DNA of 64,000 nt from Desulfuromonadales bacterium (GCA_027065695.1 JAMONP010000032.1:20084-84083), one strand, 5' to 3'; counted from the stretch's first letter, positions 1 through 9,661 are shown. Notes: generated by a model not told the origin, from the letters alone. Made by a program: numbers and translations.

Positions 1-970
1 CAACTTCATCACCGCTACGGACTTTTAATTCCTGGGTCAGGTCACCGCCGTCGGCAGAAATTGCGCGCAGGTTTGCAACAACCTCCCGCAGGGGACGAAC
101 GATGCCGGTTGCCATAAGCAGGCCGACAAAGACAGAAATCGCGCTGACAATAATGCCGGTTGCCAACAGGGATTGTTGCAAGCGGTTCTCGGCGGTAGTG
201 AGAGCGGCTATATCCATGGCCATCAGCACACCGCTACTTTTGCCAACGATAGAATTGTAAAGAATATGATGCTTACTACTTTTGATCCTTGCATCATAGC
301 TGGGTGACGTGAGAATGGCTGTCAGGTCAAGCTGGGCCAACTCTGGAGTGGTAGAGGCAAAGATTCCGTTTTCATCAAAGAAAGCAATCTCCATGCGGCT
401 GAGTGCTTTTAAACGTGTTGCAAGATTTATATCGAAGTAGCTGACCCCTACCAGATATCCGATTGGGTCGCCGTTCATGCTGATTGGTGCGGCAGCAGTA
501 ATTGCCATACGGCCATCAAATAGGCCGTTATTCGCGTAGGCTTCACCTTCCATGCTGGCTTTAATAACCGGATGCCCAGTACCGGAAGTAGCGGGGAGTT
601 CTTCGTTACCATTGATAAAACCCCGATAAAGTCGCTGCCCTTCTCCGTTTAGAACCTGGACTTGATCAAAAGGCAGGTTCTCCAGATCAGCAAACACGTG
701 GACTAATTGGGTGTTGCCACCAGTCACTCCATCGGAGTAGACAGCATTGACCATATTGGAGTTGCTGGCCAACATCTGCACCAGCGTCAGCTTCTCCGTT
801 GAGATGCTGGTGATGGTATGCTCGATAAAATTAGCCGAATCCCGATCACGCAACTGCATCTGGATCTCAAGCTCGCTGTCAACCATGCCACCGACCATCC
901 AGAGAGAAAGTACCAGTGGGATGACACTCACCGAAACCAATGCCAAGAGTATTTTAGACCGCAACTTCAT
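1..970 (-). CDS. Transmembrane sensor with HAMP domain (chemoreceptor or other signalling protein); N-terminal part only, output domain lies outside the window
   Basis: Reverse-strand ORF open to the window edge, so it is absent from the ORF track. ATG at 970. Translation starts MKLRSKILLALVSVSVIPLVLSLW (TM1), followed by a periplasmic region of about 270 aa and TM2 (LLATGIIVSAISVFVGLLMATGIV). It ends in a HAMP-like stretch, RPLREVVANLRAISADGGDLTQELKV. Confidence 0.7.
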   Translation of the reverse strand, partial: MKLRSKILLALVSVSVIPLVLSLWMVGGMVDSELEIQMQLRDRDSANFIEHTITSISTEKLTLVQMLASNSNMVNAVYSDGVTGGNTQLVHVFADLENLPFDQVQVLNGEGQRLYRGFINGNEELPATSGTGHPVIKASMEGEAYANNGLFDGRMAITAAAPISMNGDPIGYLVGVSYFDINLATRLKALSRMEIAFFDENGIFASTTPELAQLDLTAILTSPSYDARIKSSKHHILYNSIVGKSSGVLMAMDIAALTTAENRLQQSLLATGIIVSAISVFVGLLMATGIVRPLREVVANLRAISADGGDLTQELKVRSGDEV

Positions 971-1051
971 AGACTCAAGACCCTTCCTTAATAACTGCTA
1001 TGGTCTGTCCTTTGCCATTATCCCCCCTCATCATATACTAATGAAGGAGAA

Positions 1052-1849
1052 CTACTTTGCCGGGACGAAACTTTTCTGCAAGACGGCTCTGCCTTGCTGA
1101 CTATTTACCAGCGCCATAAAACGGGCCAGATCGCCCTGCGGCTCACCCCTGGTTACCAGGGTCAATGGTTTGGCCAACAGATAATTCCCCTCGGCAATAT
1201 TGGCTGCTGTAGGAGCAACACCATCAACCTTGATCGTCTTAACGTGGTCGGCATCGAGCATACTGCGACTCAATGCTGTAATCCCTACCGGGAACATACT
1301 GACCTGCTGGTCGGACGCAGCGACAATTGCCGAAACAATCTCCCGAGAAAGGTAATTTTTATTTTTCAAGATTAATTTTTTGACGGCACTACGCATCCCG
1401 GAGCCCTTCGGGCAGGTCACCACAACAATTGGGTTGGCAGAACCACCAACCTCTTGCCAATTGGTGATCTCTCCAGAAAAAATGCCCTGGAGCTGGTTGA
1501 GCGTCAGATCCTCCAGAGGGTTCTTCTCGTGCACAATAATTGCCAGCACATCCCAGCCAAGAAAATGCTCAACCAGCCCCTGGTTTTTCTCTGCCTCCGT
1601 CAACAGGCGCCCGGCACCAGCCATATCAACCTTACCATTCAAAAGAGCGCTGATCCCGGGGCCGGTGTTGCCGCCTTCAATCTGCACCCGGATTGCAGTG
1701 TCTCCGGTAAAAATACGGGCAATCTCGGGCATAAAAAACCGCTGTAACGTGGTCGCTCCAGCATAGCGCAAGCTCTCTGCAGCACTGGCACTTCCTAGCA
1801 TAGACAGTGTAATAATTGTTACAATTCCAAACTGCCACAGAAAACCCAT
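1052..1849 (-). CDS. Periplasmic PstS-family (phosphate-binding-protein-like) substrate-binding protein
   Basis: ORF 1052..2029 trimmed to the internal ATG at 1849, which is preceded by AAGGAG. Signal peptide MGFLWQFGIVTIITLSMLGSASA. PBP-type motifs are present (GGNTGPGISAL, TCPKGSGMRS). It lies 81 nt upstream of the HAMP sensor on the same strand. Confidence 0.75.
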   Translation of the reverse strand: MGFLWQFGIVTIITLSMLGSASAAESLRYAGATTLQRFFMPEIARIFTGDTAIRVQIEGGNTGPGISALLNGKVDMAGAGRLLTEAEKNQGLVEHFLGWDVLAIIVHEKNPLEDLTLNQLQGIFSGEITNWQEVGGSANPIVVVTCPKGSGMRSAVKKLILKNKNYLSREIVSAIVAASDQQVSMFPVGITALSRSMLDADHVKTIKVDGVAPTAANIAEGNYLLAKPLTLVTRGEPQGDLARFMALVNSQQGRAVLQKSFVPAK

Positions 1850-2166
1850 GACCTGTCTCCTTAAATGATAGCCGACGGAAAACCGACAAAGAGTTAAGAT
1901 CAACAAAAAGGCTGAGTAGAACCTAACAATCAATAGGAAGATTAACATCTTACAATACCTCAGCACGTAAGAACAGGCAACTCTTAATGCAGGGTAGGGT
2001 GACAAGCTGCCAGCGGCCTTATTGCTCAAATAGATGCCTTGCGTTATCCTTATGTGGACAGCATTACCTGAACCTTACGGTTATTCTTTGTCAATACCCG
2101 ATGAATTCAGATAGCATAGGGAGTTCAGATAACATGGAAACTTATTAAAGGATAGGAGACAGACCG

Positions 2167-2607
2167 ATGACCGAGACCCTGGATGGTCTGCTGCGTAAAG
2201 GTGATCATGCTCTGCAATCTGGCGACACGCTGGTAGCACTGCTGCAATTCGAGATGGCTCATGCAATTGAGCCGCGACCTGGTCTCAAAGCAAAGCTGGC
2301 TTACTGCCTGGCGAAGGAGCGTCGCCAATATCAGCAAGCCATGAATCTCTGCCGGGAAGCTCTCCAGGCAGAGCCCGATAACCCGGACCATTATTATCAA
2401 CTCAGTCGAATTTACATGGTCGCAGGTCAGAAGCGCCATGCGATCAAGTCTTTACGCAAAGGGCTCAAATTTAAACGCCATCAACCGATTATAGATGAGC
2501 TCAACCGGCTTGGTGCCCGTAAGGATCCGGTCTTTTCATCCTTACCACGGGAGCATATTATTAATCGCAGCGCCGGTGTTCTGCTCGCAAAGCTTGGCTC
2601 ACGCTGA
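2167..2607 (+). CDS. TPR-repeat protein
   Basis: 146-aa ORF with AGGAG upstream. TPR-like helical repeats are visible (ALLQFEMAHAIEP, AMNLCREALQAEPDNPDHYYQLSRIYMVAGQ). Confidence 0.7.
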   Translation: MTETLDGLLRKGDHALQSGDTLVALLQFEMAHAIEPRPGLKAKLAYCLAKERRQYQQAMNLCREALQAEPDNPDHYYQLSRIYMVAGQKRHAIKSLRKGLKFKRHQPIIDELNRLGARKDPVFSSLPREHIINRSAGVLLAKLGSR

Positions 2608-2685
2608 CAACTTAATGAGTTGCACTTGACTGGCTGATGGGTTAAGTTTACCGATTCTCCACACAAGACTGAACACGGGACACTT

Positions 2686-4437
2686 ATGACTGAAGACAAG
2701 ATATCAACCTTTGCTGAATTGGGGCTCGCGCCGGCAATCCACCGCGTGATTGATGAAGTCGGCTACGAGACACCTTCGCCGATTCAATCCAGCAGTATTC
2801 CGCCGCTTCTCGAGGGCCGTGACCTGCTGGGACAAGCCCAGACCGGTACCGGCAAAACAGCAGCCTTTGCACTACCTCTCTTGAGCAGGCTCGATCTTAA
2901 GAAAAAAAGGCCACAAATTCTGGTACTCACCCCCACCCGCGAACTCGCTCTGCAGGTCTCTGAAGCAATCCGCACCTATGCTCGGCATCTGAAGGGATTC
3001 CAGGTTCTGCCAGTCTACGGCGGTCAGAGCATGAGTCAGCAACTGCGACAATTGCATCGTGGCGTCCACGCGGTGGTCGGCACCCCCGGACGAATCCAGG
3101 ATCACTTGCGTCGTGGCACTCTGAACCTGACAAACCTCATGTGTGTTGTCCTTGATGAGGCTGATGAAATGCTACGCATGGGCTTTGTCGCTGATGTTGA
3201 GGAGATTCTCAAGGACACCCCGGAAGAACGACAGACCGCACTTTTTTCGGCGACCATGCCGAAAGAGGTTCTGAGTATTGCCCGGCGGCACCTGAAGGAT
3301 CCAGTAGAGATTCGCATCAAGGCAAAGACGTCAACGGTTGAAACCATTTCTCAGCGCTTCTGGCAGGTTAAAGGTTTGCACAAACTGGATGCCCTGACAC
3401 GGATCCTCGAAGCGGAAGAGATTGAGGGGATGCTGGTTTTTGTACGCACCAAGATAGCAACGGTTGAACTCTCGGAAAAACTTGAGTCGCGCGGCTTCTC
3501 CTGCGCTCCATTGAACGGTGATATGACCCAGGCGCTGCGAGAGAAAACCGTGGAGCGATTGAAGGCAGGTACTCTTGACATCGTGGTCGCCACGGATGTC
3601 GCCGCTCGCGGACTTGATGTGAAACGTATCAGTCATGTCGTCAACTACGATATCCCTTACGATACAGAATCTTATATACACCGCATCGGCCGGACTGGCC
3701 GCGCTGGTCGCGAAGGCCAGGCTATTCTTTTTGTCGCCCCCCGGGAAAGGCGTATGCTTGCAGCCATCGAACGAGCGACTCGCCAGCCGATCACAGCAAT
3801 GAGCCTGCCGAGCCGCAAGGACATCTCCAACCGGCGCACCGGTCTCTTTAAGGAACAGATTGCCGAAGCGATGGAGTCTCAGGATCTGGAGTTTTTCGAG
3901 GAACTGATCGACAGTTATCAGCATCAGTATGATGTCGGTCTGCGCAGGATTGCCGCAACCCTCGCCTATCTGGTGCAAAAGGACAAGCCGCTACAAATGG
4001 ACGATGGCGCTGCGGAAGAGCTGACGGTTCCTGACGAAATCCCAGCACATTCCAAGCGCAGCCGCAGTGCCTCCGACACCCACCTCAGGAGATACAGGAT
4101 AGAAGTCGGCCGAACTCACGGCGTGGAACCGAAGCATATTGTCGGTGCGATTGCCAATGAGGCAAATATTAATAGTCGCGACATTGGTCAAATCAAAATC
4201 AACAATGATCACTGTCTCGTTGATCTCCCGCAAAACATGCCCTCGGCAACCTTTCGACAGCTGCAAAAAGTCTGGGTTTGCGGACAGCAACTGCAGATTA
4301 GTCCGGCCGACGATGGTCACCAGGCACAAAGTGGTAAAGCGAAACGCAAGTTCAGCACAAAAAGTGGCGAGAGAAAAACTTTCAAGCCGAGTGGCAAGAA
4401 GCCGCCACGCAACCGACGTGGAAGCTACAAAGACTAA
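2686..4437 (+). CDS. deaD: DEAD-box ATP-dependent RNA helicase (DeaD/CsdA type)
   Basis: Motifs AQTGTGKT, DEAD, SAT and HRIGRTGRAG. Carries a C-terminal DbpA-like RNA-binding extension and a basic tail. Confidence 0.95.
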   Translation: MTEDKISTFAELGLAPAIHRVIDEVGYETPSPIQSSSIPPLLEGRDLLGQAQTGTGKTAAFALPLLSRLDLKKKRPQILVLTPTRELALQVSEAIRTYARHLKGFQVLPVYGGQSMSQQLRQLHRGVHAVVGTPGRIQDHLRRGTLNLTNLMCVVLDEADEMLRMGFVADVEEILKDTPEERQTALFSATMPKEVLSIARRHLKDPVEIRIKAKTSTVETISQRFWQVKGLHKLDALTRILEAEEIEGMLVFVRTKIATVELSEKLESRGFSCAPLNGDMTQALREKTVERLKAGTLDIVVATDVAARGLDVKRISHVVNYDIPYDTESYIHRIGRTGRAGREGQAILFVAPRERRMLAAIERATRQPITAMSLPSRKDISNRRTGLFKEQIAEAMESQDLEFFEELIDSYQHQYDVGLRRIAATLAYLVQKDKPLQMDDGAAEELTVPDEIPAHSKRSRSASDTHLRRYRIEVGRTHGVEPKHIVGAIANEANINSRDIGQIKINNDHCLVDLPQNMPSATFRQLQKVWVCGQQLQISPADDGHQAQSGKAKRKFSTKSGERKTFKPSGKKPPRNRRGSYKD

Positions 4438-4646
4438 TGATCGAATTCGACCTGGATGAGCATGATTATATCGAATTGCATAGTCTGTTGAAAGTGACCG
4501 GGCTCTGCGATAGCGGCGGTGTCGCCAAGCTTTTGATTGCCGATGGCCTGGCTAAAGTCGAGGGTGTTGTAGAATTACGTAAGCGTTGCAAAATCCGCAC
4601 AGGTCAGATGGTCGAATTCAATGATCAGCAGGTTCTCATCCGCTGA
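4437..4646 (+). CDS. S4-domain RNA-binding protein (YbcJ-like)
   Basis: 69-aa ORF whose start overlaps the deaD stop (TAATG). S4-like sequence: ELHSLLKVTGLCDSGGVAKLLIADGLAKVEGVVELRKRCKIRTGQMVEF. Confidence 0.8.
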   Translation: MIEFDLDEHDYIELHSLLKVTGLCDSGGVAKLLIADGLAKVEGVVELRKRCKIRTGQMVEFNDQQVLIR

Positions 4647-4673
4647 TCACTTGGACTCAACCAAAACGGGGGA

Positions 4674-4943
4674 ATGTTTGTGGCTCCTTACTTCTTCTAT
4701 GCCTTTCTGGCGATGGCAGTACTCAACCTTGTCTGTTCGGTCCTCGTTTTGCGCGGCGTGGCTGCCGCTGGCATCAAGGTCAGTTTCTTTGAGATTCGCT
4801 GGCAGGTTCACAAACATCTGAAAACCTACCGTAAGATCACCCTGGAAAGAAGTGGCAAGGCGGCTTGGCCCTACTACGGTTACCAGGGCTCACTGGCGGG
4901 GATGATTGGCTTTGTGCTGCTCACTTTGCTATTCCTCAAATAG
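4674..4943 (+). CDS. Small membrane protein
   Basis: 89-aa ORF with two hydrophobic helices at its N and C termini and GGGGGA upstream. No family recognised. Confidence 0.55.
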   Translation: MFVAPYFFYAFLAMAVLNLVCSVLVLRGVAAAGIKVSFFEIRWQVHKHLKTYRKITLERSGKAAWPYYGYQGSLAGMIGFVLLTLLFLK

Positions 4944-4977
4944 TAATTAGACGAAAAACACGACCGATTAAAACCGG

Positions 4978-5006
4978 TTGACACTCTATGGCCCCTGTGC
5001 TATCTA
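4978..5006 (+). promoter_or_regulatory. sigma70-like promoter candidate for the atpZ-atpI-atpB-atpE cluster
   Basis: TTGACA (4978-4983), a 17-nt spacer, then TATCTA (5001-5006). It sits 28 nt upstream of the atpZ-like start. Confidence 0.4.
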
Positions 5007-5033
5007 AGTGAGTCTTAAATTCCAGGATATAAT

Positions 5034-5297
5034 ATGGCCGACGACAAGCGCCAACTCATAAAATCCCTGAGCTTTTTATCGAGCCTCGGAATATCTATGG
5101 TAGCGGCTTCGTTTATCGGCCTGTTCATTGGCATCTACCTGGATAAGTGGTTGGGAACATCCCCGTGGATGACCCTGATCTGGCTCGGCATCGGCATTAT
5201 CTCGGGCTTCCGCAATATCTTCATCCTGACCCGGCGCGCACTGCGCGATATTGAGCAGGACGAGGAACAGGATCAGAAGGATGACGGACCAGATTGA
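5034..5297 (+). CDS. AtpZ/AtpI-family small membrane protein of the F0F1 operon
   Basis: 87 aa with two TM helices (SLGISMVAASFIGLFIGIYLDKWLGTSPWMTLIWLGIGIISG), typical of AtpZ. First gene of the F0 cluster. Confidence 0.8.
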   Translation: MADDKRQLIKSLSFLSSLGISMVAASFIGLFIGIYLDKWLGTSPWMTLIWLGIGIISGFRNIFILTRRALRDIEQDEEQDQKDDGPD

Positions 5298-5649
5298 ACA
5301 GCTGCCCGCGCAACTTACCCGGCGCAACTGGATTGTTCTGGTCTTGCTTCTTCTCGGCAGCTTGCCTTTTGGCAATCTTGCCTTAAGCGTTGGGGTTCTG
5401 CTCGGCGGCCTGGTCGCAATCGGCGGATTTTTCTGGATGCGGCGCTCTTTGAGTAACCTTCTGGAACAACCGACTGGTGGTGCGCAATTTCGCTATCAGT
5501 TTGGCTATATCGTCAGGCTGGCCGCACTAGCGGTGATTCTGGCTGTTTTGATCGCAATTGTAAAAGTCCACCCCGTTGGCCTGGTTGTTGGCCTCTCGGT
5601 GGTAATTATCAACCTGTTCTGGATAACAGTACAACATGCCTTTAAGTAA
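5281..5649 (+). CDS. atpI: ATP synthase F0 subunit I
   Basis: ORF 5251..5649 trimmed to the ATG at 5281 (MTDQIEQLP), which overlaps the atpZ-like end. About 122 aa and polytopic. Sits immediately upstream of atpB. Confidence 0.7.
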   Translation: MTDQIEQLPAQLTRRNWIVLVLLLLGSLPFGNLALSVGVLLGGLVAIGGFFWMRRSLSNLLEQPTGGAQFRYQFGYIVRLAALAVILAVLIAIVKVHPVGLVVGLSVVIINLFWITVQHAFK

Positions 5650-5667
5650 GAGGAGGCTTCTAGCGCC

Positions 5668-6342
5668 ATGACACATCCGTTTATTTTCCTTGGCTGGATC
5701 GAACAACAACTGGATCTTCACCTCGGCAACCATGTCACCCACACCTGGCTGGTCATGGCAATGCTGATTCTCGTTGCGGTTCTGGTCAAACGCAATATTA
5801 AAATGGTGCCAACCGGTCTGCAGAATTTCTTCGAGCCAGCCATCGCTGGCATCGAGGGTATGATCGAAGAAACGATGGGGCCAAAGGGGAAGGCCTACTT
5901 TCCTCTGATCGCGACCCTCGCTTTTTTCATCCTGGCTTCCAACCTGATTGCCCTGGTTCCCGGTTTTTACCCGCCAACAGCTAACCTGAACACCAACGCT
6001 GCCATGGCCCTGACGGTCTTCGCCATGACGCACATAATCGGCGTCAAAGAGCACGGCATCGGCTATTTCAAACACTTCTGTGGTCCAGTAATCTGGTTGG
6101 CACCTCTGATTGTACCAATTGAGATCGTAGGCCACCTGGCTCGTCCCTTGTCGTTGACTCTGCGTCTCTTCGGCAACATGTACGGTCATGAAATTGTTCT
6201 GATGATTTTTTTCGGTCTGGTCCCTTTCATCGTGCCTCTGCCGATGATGCTGATGGGCGTTTTGGTCGCCTTCATCCAGACTTTTGTTTTCATGCTGTTG
6301 TCGATGATCTACATCGCCGGCTCACTTGAGGAAGCCCACTAA
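5668..6342 (+). CDS. atpB: ATP synthase F0 subunit a
   Basis: 224 aa and polytopic. Contains the conserved [19 protein letters not shown] (essential Arg region). Confidence 0.95.
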   Translation: MTHPFIFLGWIEQQLDLHLGNHVTHTWLVMAMLILVAVLVKRNIKMVPTGLQNFFEPAIAGIEGMIEETMGPKGKAYFPLIATLAFFILASNLIALVPGFYPPTANLNTNAAMALTVFAMTHIIGVKEHGIGYFKHFCGPVIWLAPLIVPIEIVGHLARPLSLTLRLFGNMYGHEIVLMIFFGLVPFIVPLPMMLMGVLVAFIQTFVFMLLSMIYIAGSLEEAH

Positions 6343-6406
6343 GCCTGTTTGAGGCTTGACGTCCTATACAGTATAGGAATATCCAATTTAGGAAAGGAGT
6401 AGAAAA

Positions 6407-6673
6407 ATGGAATTTTTCGCATGGTGTGTATTAGCTGCCGGTATCGGCATGGGTATTGGTTCTTTCGGAACGGGTATCGGCCAGGGTCTGGCCATCCAAA
6501 AAGCTGTTGAGGGTGTTGCTCGTAACCCCGGTGCAAGTGGTAAGATCATGACGATCATGTTGATCGGTCTGGCAATGATCGAGTCCCTGGCAATCTACGT
6601 TTTCGTTGTTGCCATGATCATCCTCTTCGCCAACCCCTTCACCGACACTGTTGTGCAGTTGATCAGCAAGTAA
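6407..6673 (+). CDS. atpE: ATP synthase F0 subunit c
   Basis: 88-aa hairpin proteolipid. Shows [16 protein letters not shown] and the carboxylate helix [19 protein letters not shown]. Confidence 0.95.
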   Translation: MEFFAWCVLAAGIGMGIGSFGTGIGQGLAIQKAVEGVARNPGASGKIMTIMLIGLAMIESLAIYVFVVAMIILFANPFTDTVVQLISK

Positions 6674-6698
6674 GTTGGTCGTTACAGTAAAAATTAAA

Positions 6699-6727
6699 GG
6701 GAGCAGCTAATGGCTGCTCCCTTTTTC
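6699..6727 (+). terminator. Rho-independent terminator after atpE
   Basis: Stem GGGAGCAGC / GCTGCTCCC with loop TAATG, followed by TTTTT. Confidence 0.8.
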
Positions 6728-6750
6728 TGTGCTTATTCGTAACTATTTAA

Positions 6751-6890
6751 CACCTGAGCCTCTTGCAAAAGTCGTCATCCTCGCGAATGCGGGGATCCAG
6801 AATTTTGACAACCCCAGTAAATCACTGGATTCCCGCCTTCGCGGGAATGACGATAAATGGACTTTGCGGAGTTTTGCAAGAACCTCACCT
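6751..6890. repeat. Palindromic REP/MITE-like element, GTCATYCYCG...GGGATCCAG family (copy 1, with extra outer arms)
   Basis: Inner arms are GTCATCCTCGCGAATGCGGGGATCCAG and CTGGATTCCCGCCTTCGCGGGAATGAC. Outer arms are CCTGAGCCTCTTGCAAAAG and GTTTTGCAAGAACCTCACC. Confidence 0.75.
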
Positions 6891-6899
6891 TAAAGAAAA

Positions 6900-6986
6900 A
6901 CGTCATTCCCGAGGGTGCAATCGGGAATCCAGACTTTAAAGTTACTAAAACCCTGGATCCCCGATAGAATCATTCGAGGATGACGG
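6900..6986. repeat. Palindromic REP-like element, same family (copy 2)
   Basis: CGTCATTCCCGAGGGTGCAATCGGGAATCCAG ... CTGGATCCCCGATAGAATCATTCGAGGATGACG. Each half is itself a hairpin. Confidence 0.75.
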
Positions 6987-7045
6987 ATGTTTCTGCCAAC
7001 TGTTCAGGTTGTACTGAATGGTTACATTTATTCACTGGTAATTAA

Positions 7046-7276
7046 TCAGGCTATGCCACGGTTGCGTATAATTCGCATGATCAAAACACCCATGACGGAG
7101 AGAAAAATACCAATGCCAAAGGCCATATAGCCAATACCGCGAGCCTCACCCCAACCCCAGAGATCCTGAGCGCCAAGAACTCCGATCATGACCAGCCCAG
7201 CCATGATCAGCAGACCACCAAAGATATATAAACTTAGGGCAAGTCCAGCCCAAACCCAGCTTCGCCAACCACTCAT
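7046..7276 (-). CDS. Small membrane protein
   Basis: 76-aa ORF with two hydrophobic helices and GGAG upstream. No family recognised. Confidence 0.55.
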   Translation of the reverse strand: MSGWRSWVWAGLALSLYIFGGLLIMAGLVMIGVLGAQDLWGWGEARGIGYMAFGIGIFLSVMGVLIMRIIRNRGIA

Positions 7277-7388
7277 CTTTCGTCAACTCCTTAACATCTT
7301 CATCGCTCACGGCATAGTAATCCCTCCAAATCCAGCTTACAAGGGTTTAAACTATTTTACAAAATATTTTCTTAGTATATTTTCACGA

Positions 7389-7417
7389 TTGACTTTTAAT
7401 CTTTCCCATGTTAAATA
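7389..7417 (+). promoter_or_regulatory. sigma70-like promoter candidate upstream of the cbcL-like gene
   Basis: TTGACT (7389-7394), a 17-nt spacer, then TAAATA (7412-7417), in a very A+T-rich 295-nt intergenic region. It is about 155 nt from the start codon. Confidence 0.3.
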
Positions 7418-7571
7418 CTTTTTAATCTTATACTGTATACATGGTGATACCTTACAACATCACTAATTTACTCGTTTTTTTATCTTTCTCACATGTAGTA
7501 AGTATCACATTTTTGACCATTTCGGTATGTTTCCGAACTGAATCAAAAGAAGATTATCAGGAGGTCAACTT

Positions 7572-9443
7572 ATGAATTGCAGATTCTTTGCCTTTGCGCT
7601 GCTGGCAATCACCCTGCTGGTTACATCCGCACCCGTTCAGGCAGAAAATGGCATGGCTATCGCCCCGGAGATTTGCCTGGAGTGCCATGATGATGTGGTC
7701 ACTCCTCTTGCTTATGGCGGCTCCGTACATGGCCAGAATGCCTGCACCAGCTGCCATACAGATATCACCTCCGAAACTCTGGATGCACACATGGAAGGTG
7801 ACCTCACCCCCGAGGAACCTAAATGCGTGCGTTGCCACAAGAAAGAGACCCGCGAGCATTACTCAAGCGTTCATATGTTGAATGACGTTACCTGTGCAGA
7901 TTGCCATGATGACATCCATACTCATACATACTGGAAGGGCGACAAAACCAAAGTTATCGCCAAATGCACTAGTTGTCATGATGATCATGAAGACTACATC
8001 GAATCCGTTCACGGTAAGGCGGTTATGGCTGGTAACCAGGATGCTGCCGCCTGCAACGATTGTCACAACCTGCACAAGATAGAGCAGTTGGGCGATCCGA
8101 GCAGTCATATTAACCGTGAATTTCACACCAAGGTCTGCTTGAAGTGCCATGCTGACGAGGAGATGATGAAGCGTAACGGCGTGTTCGGTGTGGCCGTAGA
8201 AACCTACATGAACAGCTACCACGGTAAAAATTTCCGGCTCGGTTCGCCAGACAAGGTTGCCGGTTGCGCCGATTGTCACACCGCGCATAATGTACTGCCC
8301 AAAGAGGACCCGGCGTCCAGTGTCAACGAAGCCAACCTGGTTGGAACTTGCGCCCAGTGTCACCCCAATGCCACACCATTGTTCGTCAAGTTTAATTCTC
8401 ATGACGACATGCACGACCGTGACAACTACCCGATCAGCTACTGGACCTTTGTCAGTATGACTGGCCTGCTGGTTGGTACTTTTGCCGTCTTCTGGCTTCA
8501 CACTTTGCTCTGGATGATCCGTGGTTTTGTTGAAAACCGTCAGAAACTGGCGGAACAACATCTGGGTAAGGAGGAAGGACACCACATCAGCGAGCCGCAC
8601 AAGCAGTACAGACGTTTTAAAGCACGGCATATTTTCCTGCACCTGATCGTCATCACCAGTTTCCTCGGCTTGACTCTGACTGGAATACCGCTCAAGTTTG
8701 CCGACCAGCACTGGGCTATGACGATGATGGAGTTTTATGGCGGCACCTACTATGCCGGCTTGATCCATCGTGGTTGCGCGATCCTGACTTTCTACTATTT
8801 CGCATCGACCCTTATTCTGAGCTTCGACTTTCTTTTCCTGAGCAAGAAAAAGCATCCAGGCGACATGTGGCTGACACGCCTGTTCGGGCCGGACTCACTC
8901 TGTCCGAACTTGCGTGACGTTCGTGACGTCGTCGCCATGGTGCGCTGGTTTCTCTTCCTGGGACCGAAACCAACCTTCGAACGTTGGACTTACTGGGAAA
9001 AATTCGACTTTCTTGCAGTCTTCTGGGGTATGTTCGCCATCGGCGGCTCAGGTCTAATGCTCTGGTTCCCTGAATTCTTTGGCTACTTCTTGCCGGGCTG
9101 GATGTTCAATGTCGCCACAATTATACATTCTGACGAGGCTCTGCTGGCGACTGGCTTTATCTTCACCGTACACTTCTACAATACTCACGGCCGGCCGGAG
9201 AAGTTCCCCATGGACTTCGTCATCTTCAATGGTCAAATGGCCAAGGAAGAGTTTATTGAAGAGCGTGGCGACCAGTGGCGGCGCTACGAGGAAGAAGGAA
9301 CTACTGAAGAGTTCGCTTGCAAAAAAGTCAGTGGACCTTTCTACGACTTCTGTCTTAAGACTTTTGGTTACCTCGCGCTGTTCACAGGAATTGTTTGCCT
9401 CCTTCTGATGATCTTTGCCTTTATGGCTGGCGGCGGTCACTAA
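7572..9443 (+). CDS. cbcL: CbcL-type inner-membrane cytochrome: periplasmic nonahaem c domain fused to a polytopic b-type (HydC/FdnI-like) domain
   Basis: Signal peptide, then nine CXXCH sites: CLECH, CTSCH, CVRCH, CADCH, CTSCH, CNDCH, CLKCH, CADCH, CAQCH. These are followed by about 330 aa of TM helices with conserved His residues. AGGAGG lies upstream. Confidence 0.85.
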   Translation: MNCRFFAFALLAITLLVTSAPVQAENGMAIAPEICLECHDDVVTPLAYGGSVHGQNACTSCHTDITSETLDAHMEGDLTPEEPKCVRCHKKETREHYSSVHMLNDVTCADCHDDIHTHTYWKGDKTKVIAKCTSCHDDHEDYIESVHGKAVMAGNQDAAACNDCHNLHKIEQLGDPSSHINREFHTKVCLKCHADEEMMKRNGVFGVAVETYMNSYHGKNFRLGSPDKVAGCADCHTAHNVLPKEDPASSVNEANLVGTCAQCHPNATPLFVKFNSHDDMHDRDNYPISYWTFVSMTGLLVGTFAVFWLHTLLWMIRGFVENRQKLAEQHLGKEEGHHISEPHKQYRRFKARHIFLHLIVITSFLGLTLTGIPLKFADQHWAMTMMEFYGGTYYAGLIHRGCAILTFYYFASTLILSFDFLFLSKKKHPGDMWLTRLFGPDSLCPNLRDVRDVVAMVRWFLFLGPKPTFERWTYWEKFDFLAVFWGMFAIGGSGLMLWFPEFFGYFLPGWMFNVATIIHSDEALLATGFIFTVHFYNTHGRPEKFPMDFVIFNGQMAKEEFIEERGDQWRRYEEEGTTEEFACKKVSGPFYDFCLKTFGYLALFTGIVCLLLMIFAFMAGGGH

Positions 9444-9473
9444 TCTAACCTGTTAATATCTCATCATTTTTAT

Positions 9474-9502
9474 AGGGGCTGCCAATTGGCAGCCCCTGTT
9501 TT
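9474..9502 (+). terminator. Rho-independent terminator after the cbcL-like gene
   Basis: Stem AGGGGCTGCC / GGCAGCCCCT with loop AATT, followed by GTTTT. Confidence 0.75.
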
Positions 9503-9661
9503 GGTCTGTTGACTCACACCCTGTATAACCAGCTAAGAGGACTTCTGTATTTAACCTTTTTATTGCATTCATTTTCAGAGTGTGTATTATACGGTGATTT
9601 TTATGGATTAAATATTGGGAGTTGCTAATATTGAAGGCATTTCCACAGAGGTACTAAGAGT

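Noticed and set aside
747-1100. Plus-strand ORF 747..1100 (117 aa) and other small track ORFs in 1094..1889.
   Set aside because: They overlap the minus-strand HAMP sensor and PstS-like genes, which have clear domain signatures. I see no independent support for them.
7863-8855. Long antisense ORFs opposite well-supported genes. Examples are 7863..8855 (330 aa, opposite cbcL), 9956..10858 (opposite the octahaem), 18505..19713 (402 aa, opposite ubiD), 34989..35879 (opposite groEL), 3331..3978 (opposite deaD) and 28915..29517.
   Set aside because: Their translations are low-complexity with no recognisable motifs and no RBS. The opposite strand carries unambiguous conserved proteins. Such shadow ORFs are expected from codon bias.
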